A DNA stretch of 43,083 nt from an uncultured Candidatus Sumerlaeota bacterium (GCA_964389675.1 CAYMEV010000008.1:1-43083); one strand, 5' to 3'. Positions 19,014 through 29,646 are shown, counted from the stretch's first letter. Program-made: numbers and translations. The notes: generated from the sequence alone by a model not told the origin.

Positions 19014-19682
19014 ATGAAAAGGCAATACTTTTTTATAATATTTGTTCTAATTTCAGTGCTTTGCTTTATTGACTGCAAAAGGACAGAGCCAGAGGATAAA
19101 ATAAAAGGAGATGATAAGATTATGGCAGAACAGAAAAATACAGTAGTACTTGAAACCACCCTTGGCAAAATTAAGATTGAGCTCTACCCTGCTGTTGCCC
19201 CAAAAACAGTAAAAAACTTCCTGGGGCTTGTAAATAAGGGTTATTACGACAACGTGATCTTCCACAGGGTAATCCCGGATTTTATGATACAGGGAGGAGA
19301 TCCCACAGGGACAGGTTCCGGTGGTGAATCAATCTATGGAACCAAGTTTGAGGATGAAATAAATCCAGTGGCTCTCCAACTGGATGCAAATACCGTAAGA
19401 CAGCTTCAGTCTGCGGGATATAAATTCACACACAACCTTGAATCAATGCGTTGTGTCTACGGTACCATCTGCATGGCAAATGCCGGGCCGGACACAAATG
19501 GAAGCCAGTTTTTCATAGTAACCAGAGAGGACTGCAGATGGCTTGACGGAAGGCACACTGTCTTCGGGAAGATCATCGAAGGAATGGATGTAGCAGTTGC
19601 TATCAGCAATGTTGAAAGAGACTCCAAAGACAGGCCACTTGAAAATGTAGTAATAAATAAAGCCTATGAGGTAGAGAACTAG
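19014..19682 (+). CDS. Cyclophilin-type peptidyl-prolyl cis-trans isomerase with N-terminal signal/anchor
   Basis: APKTVKNF, FHRVIPDFMIQGGDPTGTGSGG, MANAGPDTNGSQFFI, LDGRHTVFG; GGAG before ATG 19014. Confidence 0.95.
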   Translation: MKRQYFFIIFVLISVLCFIDCKRTEPEDKIKGDDKIMAEQKNTVVLETTLGKIKIELYPAVAPKTVKNFLGLVNKGYYDNVIFHRVIPDFMIQGGDPTGTGSGGESIYGTKFEDEINPVALQLDANTVRQLQSAGYKFTHNLESMRCVYGTICMANAGPDTNGSQFFIVTREDCRWLDGRHTVFGKIIEGMDVAVAISNVERDSKDRPLENVVINKAYEVEN

Positions 19683-19702
19683 TCCTTTCCTGCCTTAAGT
19701 AT

Positions 19703-20626
19703 TCAGAACCTCTTCTGGTAGAAATGGCATGAGGGGGCTCTATTCTTATTTATATAATAATCCTGATGATAATCCTCTGCCTTCCAGAATCTGTCAGCCT
19801 TCATAAGGCTTGTTGCAATATCATAGCCTTTTTCCTTAAGGATATCTATAAGCTTTTGAGCAGTTTCCTTTTCTTTTTCATCATTATAGAATATGACTGA
19901 AAGGTACTGCTCTCCTATGTCAACACCCTGGCCGTTCTTCTGGGTAGGGTCATGTATCTCGAAAAAGAGCCTTGCAAGCTCTTCATAGCTTATTTTCCCT
20001 GGATCATATGTAACCTCGACTGCCTCATAATGTCCTGTCTGCCCGCTGCAGACCTCATGGTAGGTCGGGTTTTGAGTTTCCCCTCCCATATAGCCGGAAA
20101 CAGCCTCGATCACTCCCTCTCTCTTCTGCATATAGTATTCAATGCCCCAGAAACAGCCTCCTGCAAAATATGCCTTTTTATAGTCTTTTATTTCACTGTC
20201 GGGGACGAATACAAGTGATATTGAATTTACACAGTGTCTTATATTCTTGTCTGTATATCCCTCTCCCAGAAATACATGTCCCAGATGGCCCCCGCAGTTG
20301 CTGCATATTATTTCAACCCTTCTGCCGTCAGGGTCAGGGCGCCTTTCAACCGCTCCTTCAATTTCATCATCAAAGCTCGGCCATCCGCAGGAGGACTTGA
20401 ACTTTGAATCACTTCTGTAAAGGGGGGCATTACACTGTTTGCAGTGATAGGTCCCCTTTTCAAAAAAATCATTGTATTCGCCGGTATATGGGGCTTCAGT
20501 CCCTCTGTTTATGATAACCCTTATCTCTTCCTTTGTAAGCTTTTTATATTCGCTGTTTTGCACAACTTCAACCTCCTTGCATGAAACAATTAATAAAAGC
20601 AGGCATAATAAAGTGTATTTTAACAT
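19703..20626 (-). CDS. msrAB: Bifunctional methionine sulfoxide reductase MsrB-MsrA, lipoprotein signal
   Basis: MsrB: GTEAPYTG, CGWPSF, HLGHVF, RHCVNS; MsrA: AGGCFWG, GHYEAV, AEDYHQDYY; lipobox IVSC. Confidence 0.95.
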   Translation of the reverse strand: MLKYTLLCLLLLIVSCKEVEVVQNSEYKKLTKEEIRVIINRGTEAPYTGEYNDFFEKGTYHCKQCNAPLYRSDSKFKSSCGWPSFDDEIEGAVERRPDPDGRRVEIICSNCGGHLGHVFLGEGYTDKNIRHCVNSISLVFVPDSEIKDYKKAYFAGGCFWGIEYYMQKREGVIEAVSGYMGGETQNPTYHEVCSGQTGHYEAVEVTYDPGKISYEELARLFFEIHDPTQKNGQGVDIGEQYLSVIFYNDEKEKETAQKLIDILKEKGYDIATSLMKADRFWKAEDYHQDYYINKNRAPSCHFYQKRF

Positions 20627-20715
20627 AACACTCTCCCTTTTTTCCTAAAAACAAGATACTCTAAAGTGGTACTGCAATGTTGCAAAAATTTTTTAGCTGA
20701 GTTTATTCGGTTTTT

Positions 20716-22437
20716 TCAGATAATCCATCCCAGCCTTGTATAGTACCGGTTCATATCATCACTCGTTGAAACTGACTCAAGAATATAAAAGTATCTTGTC
20801 CCCTCAGTAATATGATCAGAAAATTCATATAAGACAGGATAATCCGAATTTATCTGTCCCGGGATCAGTTCCGTATTTATCTTAACAGGGCTGTATGTAA
20901 TTGAGGGGCTGACCTTATCAGCCCTGAGCCTGTAAAGGTTAAAGCCTGAATTACTGGTTTCGGTCATGGTCATCCATTTTATCGTTATATTTTCTACAAT
21001 ACCCCTGGCAATAAAAAACAGGAGGCCTATGGTCGGATCGGTTGAACCATATTCATATGCCCCTATGTCATAGGGTACATTCCTGTAATGTGAATTTTTG
21101 TCATAGTTAACAATCGGTGAAAGGCTGGCACCCTTATCAATGACAGGGCTTTCTTCTGAAGGGTATCCATCAAACAGAAGCTCAGGGTCAGCAAGCATGG
21201 ATTTTGATTCCTGGCCTGTATGGCTGCGCCATCCCTCAAAATCACCCTCAAAATATGAGCCCGGCCTTCTGTCCACAAAAGCGGCAGTACCATTGTTATC
21301 CCAGTAGCAGTTCTTATCCAGGACAGGCATACCGGCAAGAGAGCTTAATCCCCCAAGATCATCGGAGTAGCGTATGAATATAATATCCCTGCCGTTCTGA
21401 AGGGCAATATTGTTCTTGATAATGGGGTTAACGGAAGGCGGCCTGCCTGCATCCGGGTCCCAGTCCTGGTATGTCAGCCCGAAATAGATGGCGCTGTGTG
21501 CAGACTGGGCTGTATTAATTATAGTATTATTGTAAACCCTCGGGTTTTTTGCTGCATACATGGCTATTCCCGCATAAACGGTATTTATGATCAGATTATT
21601 CCTTGCTATGCCGTCTATATTCTCATAATACTGGGGGTTAACCTCAAGATCGAAGTATTCCGGGCTTGTGTCAAATCCAAGCATGATACCCGCACTGCCG
21701 CAGTTTTTGATTATGTTTCTCTGAGCTATACAGCCTGTAGCCCCTCCCTTGAAATAGAGCCCTGTCGTTGCGGTATCATGTATATTACAGTCTGACACCA
21801 CCATATAATCCCCGTTTACATTGTCTATGCCTTCAGCATTTCCGGAATCCCTTACTCCGGAGTGGTGTATCTCGCATCTTAATATCTTTATATGATCGCA
21901 TCCGGGAGTGACTTTTATGCAGTCCCTCCCGGTATCGTGAATCTCGCAGTCTTCAATGATTATATGGCTGACACCAGTCCTGTCATCAGGATCACCCCAG
22001 TCCCACCTTGTCCAGAGCATGACTGCATAATAATAGCCCCCTGCTATTTCAAGCCTCTGAAGTTTTCCTCCGTCAGCATCCACATCAAAGATCACAGTCG
22101 CCGTAATATCAGGGTTATTTACCGGGGTCTGTATAACTGCCCATTCATTGCTCTTGCTTCTTATGGTAATATCAGGAAGCTCTATCCTGATCTCCTCGTT
22201 ATAGATACCGCCCCTGAGTATCATCGTATCCCCGGCTGATGCGATATTATCAAGAACAAACTGTATATCCCTGTAGGGGTTGCCGATGGTCCCGTCGCCT
22301 GTATTATTATTCCCCTGCGTGGACACAAATATGCCATTGTCGTCATATTCATTCTCAGGATATAATATCTCAGCATCCCAGGCATGGATGAAAGGTTGAG
22401 AAAGAAGAATCATCAATGTAAAGCAAAGAATTTTCAT
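20716..22437 (-). CDS. Secreted beta-helix protein with choice-of-anchor Q-like motif and C-terminal Ig/FN3-like domain
   Basis: Signal peptide; FVST.GNN..GDGT..NPY..IQ; PbH repeats; ADP...SP.IDKG...DIGAYE; C-terminal W.T.TET.NSGFNLYR...Y.F.D...YFYILE. Confidence 0.8.
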   Translation of the reverse strand: MKILCFTLMILLSQPFIHAWDAEILYPENEYDDNGIFVSTQGNNNTGDGTIGNPYRDIQFVLDNIASAGDTMILRGGIYNEEIRIELPDITIRSKSNEWAVIQTPVNNPDITATVIFDVDADGGKLQRLEIAGGYYYAVMLWTRWDWGDPDDRTGVSHIIIEDCEIHDTGRDCIKVTPGCDHIKILRCEIHHSGVRDSGNAEGIDNVNGDYMVVSDCNIHDTATTGLYFKGGATGCIAQRNIIKNCGSAGIMLGFDTSPEYFDLEVNPQYYENIDGIARNNLIINTVYAGIAMYAAKNPRVYNNTIINTAQSAHSAIYFGLTYQDWDPDAGRPPSVNPIIKNNIALQNGRDIIFIRYSDDLGGLSSLAGMPVLDKNCYWDNNGTAAFVDRRPGSYFEGDFEGWRSHTGQESKSMLADPELLFDGYPSEESPVIDKGASLSPIVNYDKNSHYRNVPYDIGAYEYGSTDPTIGLLFFIARGIVENITIKWMTMTETSNSGFNLYRLRADKVSPSITYSPVKINTELIPGQINSDYPVLYEFSDHITEGTRYFYILESVSTSDDMNRYYTRLGWII

Positions 22438-22575
22438 AATATAATCTCACTTGTCATAAAATTAATATAAATTATAGCATTTATTATACTGAAAACCATA
22501 AGCTAATAAATTTTTTTATCAATCCTGAAGGTTTAAGCCATTTTATAGAAACATTATTCAAAACCCGGCGAGCTT

Positions 22576-25500
22576 TTATGTAAATACTTTTAATTCCCCA
22601 ATTCTTTTTTTGAATTTATATTTTGGCATTTTTTCCAAGATCATCTCATAGATGCTTCTGGCTTTTTCTGCATATTCCTTTTCTTCAGTCATTTTCCACA
22701 GCTCATAATAGATAGAGGCTTTTTGCTCCTGATTGATGCCTGGATCATTATCTTCAAGTATTTCTTTGAGGGCTTCAATATCTCTTTCTATTTTGCAGCT
22801 GAGTAATCTGCAGTTAAATATTATATCTTTCCTGTCAATCTCCTTTGCTATTTTAAGCGCTTGGTCATTTAAGGATTTTGCCTCCTTTGGTATTGACATT
22901 TCGCATAATAGATCTGATTTATAATATAGCTGTTCAGACAGAATGAAGCGTGCTTTATTCTCACTTGATATCCTTATTGCTTCATCAAAACACCTTAAAG
23001 CTCTCGTATAATCTCCCTGCTGGTAATATATAAGCCCTATATTGCTGTGCGCATAGCTGATATTGTATTTATTCTTTATTTCACGCCATATAGTGAGGCT
23101 TTTTGTATAATATTCCATGGCTGTATCATAATCGCCAATATAGTAGTATACTATTCCTAAATTACTAAGGGAGATGCTGATGCCATATTTATCTCCGATC
23201 TCCTCATTGGCTTTACGATATTTTTCAAAGCAGTCCATAGCTTTTTTGAAATTGCCCTGATTGGAATATAAAATCCCTGTATTATTCAGGGCAGTAATTA
23301 TTCCTGTTTTATATCCTATTTCCCTGCTTATCTGGTACTGCTGTTCATAGCAATCCATGGCATTCTCCTGATCACCCTGGAATAAATAGTTATTGCCCAT
23401 AATACCGACTGTATTGGCAATGCTTTTTTTATCACCGAACTCCTTGCAGATTGAGAGGATTTCCTCAAGGCATTTTCTTGCTTTCCTGTACTCACCCTGG
23501 TTTACATACAGAGTGCTTATAATCCTTAATGCATTGCTGAGGCCGGTTTTATCGCCTGCTTTTTCAGCAATAGATCGCGCCTTCTTCAGAATTTCCATTG
23601 CCTCAGCCGGTTTGCCGAAATGTTTAAGGACAAGGCCCATACCATTCATGCATTTTACGGCCAGGGTATTTTCCCTTATGCTTTCAGAGAGGGCAAATGC
23701 CCTTTTATACATTTCATGTGAGTCACTTAACCGGCCTGTAAGCTCCATCAGGTCTGCAATCTTTATTTCTATTCTGATAATTTCCGTGCTGCTTTCCTTA
23801 TCATGGCTTTGTAGAAGGTTTAATGCAGTTTCATAGTACTGCATTGCCCTGTTGTTAAAATAGTTTTTTTGGGCAAAGTCCCCGCATTTATCATAATAAG
23901 ATACTGCTTTTTTAATATTTCCGCCTTCAGCGTAATGAAATGCAATTTCCTCTGCCATATCATCATCATCAAAAAATATGGAATCAAGCGTTTCAGCCAG
24001 AAAAAGATCTATTTCCGGCTTGTCCTCTATTCTCTTTCGGATCTGATCCTTTATCAGGATATTATTATAGGAATAATGAACAATATTATTAATTTTTAAG
24101 GTTTTCAGTATTTCAAGGTTTTCAAGCTCAAGCAGTACCTGTGCTGTATCAACATCGGCTATTTTGCTTAGCATGATCTTAATTTCCCTAACACTGAGGT
24201 CGATTCTTAAAAGAGACAGTATCTTCAAAATTTTCCTTTTGTTGTCGTCCTCGAACAGAAGATCAAGTTTATGCTTTACCATATCTATGATATTATGCGG
24301 GATATGAGCTCCATCAATATTGCTCAATAATCGCCAGCATCTTTTGTCTTTTACTATTATGCCCCTATCTAAAAGAGATTTGATGAATTCCTGCAGGAAA
24401 AACGGATTACTGCCTATCTTATCCTTGATGCTTTTTACGGATTCTTTAATACTTTCATCAAGAAACTGTGAGCCAAACACATTCTCAATATATTCAGTGA
24501 CACCGTCCATATCCAGGGGAGTGAGGTCATGGACGCTTACCTGGTTCATATCAAGTATTCCATATAAACTGCTGTTTTCAGGCAACCTGTCTTTATTAAT
24601 ATTGGCATAGCACACGAGATGCTGTCTGCCGCCTTCTGCAAGATCAGACCTGTATAAAAGGTTTTTTAATATCAGTGTTGAACCTTCATCTATCCACTGA
24701 AGGTCATCAAAATATATTATCCTGTAATTCTTCTGGTTTTTAGAAAGAATAATAATATAATCTGTAATATTCTGTACTATAATATCCTGAAGCAGTGCCG
24801 GATTATCAGTAATATCCGGTGATTCAAAATCTTTCAGCCTTTCATCTTCAGGCATTATAAGCCTTAGATATTTCCCGTATTGCTCGAGTATACTGCCTGA
24901 TGATATGTTTATCATCTGAGACAGGATTTCCCTTATAGCATAATATTGCCGGGTCCCTGCTTCCATGCATCTTGCCTCAAAAAAGCTGATACCATTCAGT
25001 ATGCAATATTTCTTAAATTCAGAGAAAAGCCTGGTTTTTCCAATTCCGGAGGTTCCGCTGTAAATAATTGCCCTGCATCTGTTACATGGAACCGAAATAT
25101 TATTTTTTAAGCAGTCAATTTCTTTAATCCTATCAGCAAATGCGTTTCCAAGAACATAACTATGTTTTGTTTCTGCTGTCTCATAATCGTAATTATAGCC
25201 TAAAAAGCGATTTATTTCTCCAATGATTTCCGAACAGCTGTCATATCTGTCAGCAGCATGGTAGGAAATCATCTTTTTTATAATGCCCCTTAAATTCACA
25301 TCTTCTATCTGCTTTAGTTTTTCCTCCTGATACCTGTTAAATTCATCCGGACTGCTGAGAAGGTTTATTATAATGCTTACTATATTTTCGTCCTGTTCAT
25401 AAAAGCGATTTTTTGATAAAAGCTCATATAAGACTATCCCGGAAGAGAATATATCGGTTGAAAAGGACATTTTGCCTTCCAGCGCTTCAGGGGAAATATA

Positions 25501-26028
25501 TGACAGGGTTCCCCTGGTCTTTCTCTCTTTATCCTCTGAATTTAGATAGCTTGATATGCCAAAATCCATCAGCTTTACCCTTTTTTCCAAAATCATTATA
25601 TTGTCAGGTTTAATATCCCGATAGATTATGTTCCTGCTGTGAATATATTCAAGAGCCCTGAGCATCTGGACCAGGATTTCCAGTACAGTTTCAAGGTCAT
25701 CTATTTCCATAGTGGAAAGAAGAGTTCCAGTAAGATATTCCATTACAATATAGTAATTATCCCTGTCCTCACCAAAATCATAAACCCTTGTAAGGTTAGG
25801 GTGCTTAAGCCTGGTCATAATTTCGTACTCATTTTTCAATGATGATATGCCTGTTGATTTATGGTTTTTGATTACATCATGCTTAATTTTTTTCAGGGCA
25901 AGGCTTATATTATCTTTCAGGGTATCCTCAACCAGATAGACTATACCCATACCTCCGCTGCCAAGCCTCTTCACTATCCTGTAGCGTCTATCAATAAGTT
26001 TTTTATCCAGATCATCCATATTAAACAT
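22576..26028 (-). CDS. Ser/Thr protein kinase - STAND-type (AAA_16) ATPase - TPR protein, paralog 2
   Basis: GSGGMGIVY, YRDIKPDN, DFG, GTLSYISPE; Walker A GTSGIGKT; Walker B IYFDDLQWID; GSNPFFLQE; TPR array. Confidence 0.92.
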   Translation of the reverse strand: MFNMDDLDKKLIDRRYRIVKRLGSGGMGIVYLVEDTLKDNISLALKKIKHDVIKNHKSTGISSLKNEYEIMTRLKHPNLTRVYDFGEDRDNYYIVMEYLTGTLLSTMEIDDLETVLEILVQMLRALEYIHSRNIIYRDIKPDNIMILEKRVKLMDFGISSYLNSEDKERKTRGTLSYISPEALEGKMSFSTDIFSSGIVLYELLSKNRFYEQDENIVSIIINLLSSPDEFNRYQEEKLKQIEDVNLRGIIKKMISYHAADRYDSCSEIIGEINRFLGYNYDYETAETKHSYVLGNAFADRIKEIDCLKNNISVPCNRCRAIIYSGTSGIGKTRLFSEFKKYCILNGISFFEARCMEAGTRQYYAIREILSQMINISSGSILEQYGKYLRLIMPEDERLKDFESPDITDNPALLQDIIVQNITDYIIILSKNQKNYRIIYFDDLQWIDEGSTLILKNLLYRSDLAEGGRQHLVCYANINKDRLPENSSLYGILDMNQVSVHDLTPLDMDGVTEYIENVFGSQFLDESIKESVKSIKDKIGSNPFFLQEFIKSLLDRGIIVKDKRCWRLLSNIDGAHIPHNIIDMVKHKLDLLFEDDNKRKILKILSLLRIDLSVREIKIMLSKIADVDTAQVLLELENLEILKTLKINNIVHYSYNNILIKDQIRKRIEDKPEIDLFLAETLDSIFFDDDDMAEEIAFHYAEGGNIKKAVSYYDKCGDFAQKNYFNNRAMQYYETALNLLQSHDKESSTEIIRIEIKIADLMELTGRLSDSHEMYKRAFALSESIRENTLAVKCMNGMGLVLKHFGKPAEAMEILKKARSIAEKAGDKTGLSNALRIISTLYVNQGEYRKARKCLEEILSICKEFGDKKSIANTVGIMGNNYLFQGDQENAMDCYEQQYQISREIGYKTGIITALNNTGILYSNQGNFKKAMDCFEKYRKANEEIGDKYGISISLSNLGIVYYYIGDYDTAMEYYTKSLTIWREIKNKYNISYAHSNIGLIYYQQGDYTRALRCFDEAIRISSENKARFILSEQLYYKSDLLCEMSIPKEAKSLNDQALKIAKEIDRKDIIFNCRLLSCKIERDIEALKEILEDNDPGINQEQKASIYYELWKMTEEKEYAEKARSIYEMILEKMPKYKFKKRIGELKVFT

Positions 26029-26238
26029 TTAATTTGTCCTGAAAATGGGTATTAACTCAAATTTCGCACTGGAATTTATGCGCGAAGCTTGATGTATTAA
26101 CTTCAAATAATATTTAATACTGTTTAGGATTTGTGTCAAATAGTACCTTTATTATCCAAATAAAAGCTATTTTAATATTTGCACCTGTTAAGCCTTTTTA
26201 TTCAGCTAAAATTTTAATAATATCTCCAGTACCTATTC

Positions 26239-26973
26239 TTAAGAGGTCCTTCCGGTATTCCTGTTATTCATCCTTATCTTTTCTATCTCTTTATATATTT
26301 CATCAGTCACAGATCTCGGCAGGCCCCCCAACCTCTGGATCTCTTCCCTTGTTATAAGTATCTCCTTTCTGAATTCAGCTGCAATGCTGTTGATTCTGTT
26401 CTGAGATTCCAGAATATCACCAAGCTTCTTTTTTGGCACCAGGTTTACCCCTGGATTATCCGTTTTATATTTTTCTATTCTCTCCAAATGACGCTGGTAT
26501 AGCTGAGATACTGATATTTTCCCGGGATAGAATTCTCCCAGCACTCCTGGAGGCATATCAAAGTCATTTTTTGCCGTGGATGTCAGGATAAAGACTGAAT
26601 CAGAAAATTCAGATTCAAAATCCACAATTCTCCCGGGCAGTTTTCTCTGGAAAAAAAGCCATACTGAAAAAAGGAATCTGCTTTTTTTCAGTTTGGGATG
26701 ATAGATCCCTGCCATTATATTACCGTCTTTCGAAAGCATGGTCCTGATCATCACCCTGTCCAGGTTCTTATCAGCATTTGCAAGGGTGACATCCTCTATA
26801 TCCCTGATATACCGGAATCCCTTCTCTTCCAGGATACTTCTGGTATTGTTGTAAAATGACATATCAAGATGGCTGAAATCATGCTCTGATACCTCAATGA
26901 ATTCATGCCTCGGCTTGAAATGGGCTTCTATCTGCCCTGCTATCTTTCTGGCTGCCTTTTCAGTATTTATCAT
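26239..26973 (-). CDS. Hypothetical protein
   Basis: 244-aa ORF with AAGGA upstream, same strand as neighbours; no motif recognised. Confidence 0.7.
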   Translation of the reverse strand: MINTEKAARKIAGQIEAHFKPRHEFIEVSEHDFSHLDMSFYNNTRSILEEKGFRYIRDIEDVTLANADKNLDRVMIRTMLSKDGNIMAGIYHPKLKKSRFLFSVWLFFQRKLPGRIVDFESEFSDSVFILTSTAKNDFDMPPGVLGEFYPGKISVSQLYQRHLERIEKYKTDNPGVNLVPKKKLGDILESQNRINSIAAEFRKEILITREEIQRLGGLPRSVTDEIYKEIEKIRMNNRNTGRTS

Positions 26974-27054
26974 TATTAATCCTTATATTGATCTTATAGA
27001 GATTATAATTGTTTCTTTGCATATAGATCCCTGCCTAATATCTTATACACAGAG

Positions 27055-29469
27055 CTATTTCAGAACCGCCATTGCATCAGCATCACCGTATGCGGCAATG
27101 TTTTCCCATGAAGAAGCGGATGTTATTCTCAAATATACACTGCCTGACGAGGTCTCGCATGCAATAATATCATCCTTATCACCGCCGGTGAACCTGCCTG
27201 AAATTATCCTCTTTAGCGGAGCAATTACCAGTGTTGACCACCCTTTTGCCTCATAGGAATAAAAGTATGTTCTCTGCATATATGTAAAAATTACCTCTGC
27301 TCCTCCAGTACCGGATATATCCCCGGTACCTATATCATGCCCCGTATCCGGCCACCCGCAGGTAATCCGGCTGAACTGCAGTCCTTTGCCATCCGGGTTT
27401 TTTGATACCCAGATGCTGTTTTTGCTGAATTCATTCCTTATGTCAAAACAGGGATATTTTTCTCCTGGATCCCGGAAGTATTCTGCTTTATCAGGTATAT
27501 ACCTTACAAGATATATGCCGTAATTCTCAAATTCAACAGCCATTTCATCATAGCCGTCCCCTGTAATATCATCAGCCACAGCCTGTGATGCACTTACTGA
27601 TGCAATGTTTGAAAATCCTGAGGCATTAAAATCATAGAGGAATAAACCATCATACCCGTTGAATACTACAATCAGCTCATCTATTCCGTTTTCGTCCCTG
27701 TCAATATTGCCCGCAGAAAGCAAATCAGCATACATACTGCTGACTGAAGACCAGATACCCCCGAATATCCACCTCCTTATGCCTGTACCCTGCATTGATG
27801 CAACTACCTGGACCGGGCTTTCAGAAGATGCCTTTGCCAGAGTAAAGGTATTGCATCCTGCCTCATCACCTGTAATATTTATCCACTGTGCCTGTAAGAT
27901 ATTATAATACCAGAGCCCGTAGCCCGGGAAAAGGGAGACTATCTCAAGATTACCGTCATCTGAGATATCTCCTGCCTCCATATGTGAAGCCGATATATTA
28001 TCCAGTATTTTCTCCCAGCTTGAGCCCTTCATGCTTATGCCTCTGCTTTTCGACCCGTCATATGACCATACCCATATGCCCTTCAGAGATGGTTCAGCAA
28101 GGCTTATTACTGCAGATTCCGAGACTCCTGACTGGATCTCATATGCACCAATATCAACAGCCCCTGATATATTCCTCTCAGATGCTGTGCCAGGCATTTC
28201 AACACTGCCATTCGGAGGCATATAAAGGGGCTGGGGAAGGGGGTCTGGAAATTCAAACCCAGGAAGGCTCTCTGTAGGCAGGGTCCCTGCATTGACAAGA
28301 GCACTTGTTTCTGAGGGATATAGATCTCCCCCGGCAAGGTCCATAAAATCCGGATCATCTCCTGTTATTGTCCCTGAGATCCCTGCCGGTATCTCCTGTG
28401 TTCCTGTCTTTACCCAGTTATTCTCGCCTGATATGACCTCATATCCTGCTACCCAGTCAGCCTCTACAGTCCTTTTGAAAAGGACTGTATTGTCCGGATT
28501 ATAGAAGACATTGTTCTGTATCTCAACAGATTCAAGGGCATCAAATATCCTGAAAACAGCAGATGTCCCGCATATTATCGTATTATTCAAAAACCTGTAA
28601 CGGCCCTGGCTCTCCCCTGTCCCGTCTCCTCCGATACGGGTTACAAAAAAATCAGGGTTGTTGCCGGCGGCAGTCTGCTTCTTTATAAGGACATTACCGA
28701 CAACATCGCTGTCTTCCCTTGCCAGGCCCTGGTCCCCCCCGCAGGCATTGTAATCAGCGCCTATCAGCTCAAGCTCATGGTAATATGCGCCCTCTACCCA
28801 GTTATAATATATCTCGTTCCTTTCTGCCCTGCTCTTTACATTATTACCGCCTGAAGCATCATGTATATAACAGTGCTGCATCCTGAAAACACTGCCGGGA
28901 TTATTTACCTCATCTGTCGCCATATATATCTGGTGTTTGCTTGAACCATCCCCGCAGTATGCAACCTCAGTATATTCAATCAGTATGCTTCCGGATCCCT
29001 CATCTGCACCCAGGATACCATGGGTACAGTCATGGACATAGCAGTCCCTTATTGTAAGGTCCCTTGCCTGATGGAATATGCCCCTGCTTGTCCCACCTGT
29101 TATCTCAAATCCTTCAAACACATAATGGTGCCCGCCTTCTGCTGTATTATAAGGCCATGGAGTTGCAAATGTAACCACATTTGTACCACCTGAAATGATA
29201 GGCCTGTTCCCGTTTATCCTTATCCCTGTTATATAAATCTTATCATTTTCATTGCCTGCCCTTTCAAAAATGACATCCCCGGGATATGTGCTGTCCCCGT
29301 CAACTTCAACGACATCGCCTGGATTAAGAAGGTCCGACACTTCCTGGAGTGTCTTGTAATACCTTTCAGGGCCCACCTGGTAGGTAACTGAAAAGGACCT
29401 CAGATTAAAACAAAAAAGCAGTAAAGGAACCATAAATGCAAGAATAATAGCAGGTTTTACAATCTTCAT
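27055..29469 (-). CDS. Secreted beta-helix protein + choice-of-anchor Q-like motif + FG-GAP-like C-terminal module
   Basis: Signal peptide; YQVGP...Y.TLQ....LNPGDVV.V; PbH repeats, NVKSRA; DPDF...SALVNAG...DIGAYE; C-terminal module homologous to that of 3550..6714. Confidence 0.82.
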   Translation of the reverse strand: MKIVKPAIILAFMVPLLLFCFNLRSFSVTYQVGPERYYKTLQEVSDLLNPGDVVEVDGDSTYPGDVIFERAGNENDKIYITGIRINGNRPIISGGTNVVTFATPWPYNTAEGGHHYVFEGFEITGGTSRGIFHQARDLTIRDCYVHDCTHGILGADEGSGSILIEYTEVAYCGDGSSKHQIYMATDEVNNPGSVFRMQHCYIHDASGGNNVKSRAERNEIYYNWVEGAYYHELELIGADYNACGGDQGLAREDSDVVGNVLIKKQTAAGNNPDFFVTRIGGDGTGESQGRYRFLNNTIICGTSAVFRIFDALESVEIQNNVFYNPDNTVLFKRTVEADWVAGYEVISGENNWVKTGTQEIPAGISGTITGDDPDFMDLAGGDLYPSETSALVNAGTLPTESLPGFEFPDPLPQPLYMPPNGSVEMPGTASERNISGAVDIGAYEIQSGVSESAVISLAEPSLKGIWVWSYDGSKSRGISMKGSSWEKILDNISASHMEAGDISDDGNLEIVSLFPGYGLWYYNILQAQWINITGDEAGCNTFTLAKASSESPVQVVASMQGTGIRRWIFGGIWSSVSSMYADLLSAGNIDRDENGIDELIVVFNGYDGLFLYDFNASGFSNIASVSASQAVADDITGDGYDEMAVEFENYGIYLVRYIPDKAEYFRDPGEKYPCFDIRNEFSKNSIWVSKNPDGKGLQFSRITCGWPDTGHDIGTGDISGTGGAEVIFTYMQRTYFYSYEAKGWSTLVIAPLKRIISGRFTGGDKDDIIACETSSGSVYLRITSASSWENIAAYGDADAMAVLK

Positions 29470-29646
29470 CTTCTTCTCCTGAATAAATTATTCATAAAAT
29501 TAAGTATTGATATTATACCATGATTTTTATGAATTACAATACCGCTCTCTGCTTAATCTTTAGAAGTAAATGATAGCACATTATTCTTATATTATCATTC
29601 CAGACAGATTCATGTATAGACAAAAAAATACATCTACCTAATAGCA

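Noticed and set aside
26049-26108. Imperfect palindrome (TCAA..TTCGC...GCGAA..TTGA) between GTATTAACT direct repeats upstream of kinase paralog 2, considered as attC
   Set aside because: No correctly paired RYYYAAC/GTTRRRY boxes and single occurrence; at most a regulatory site.
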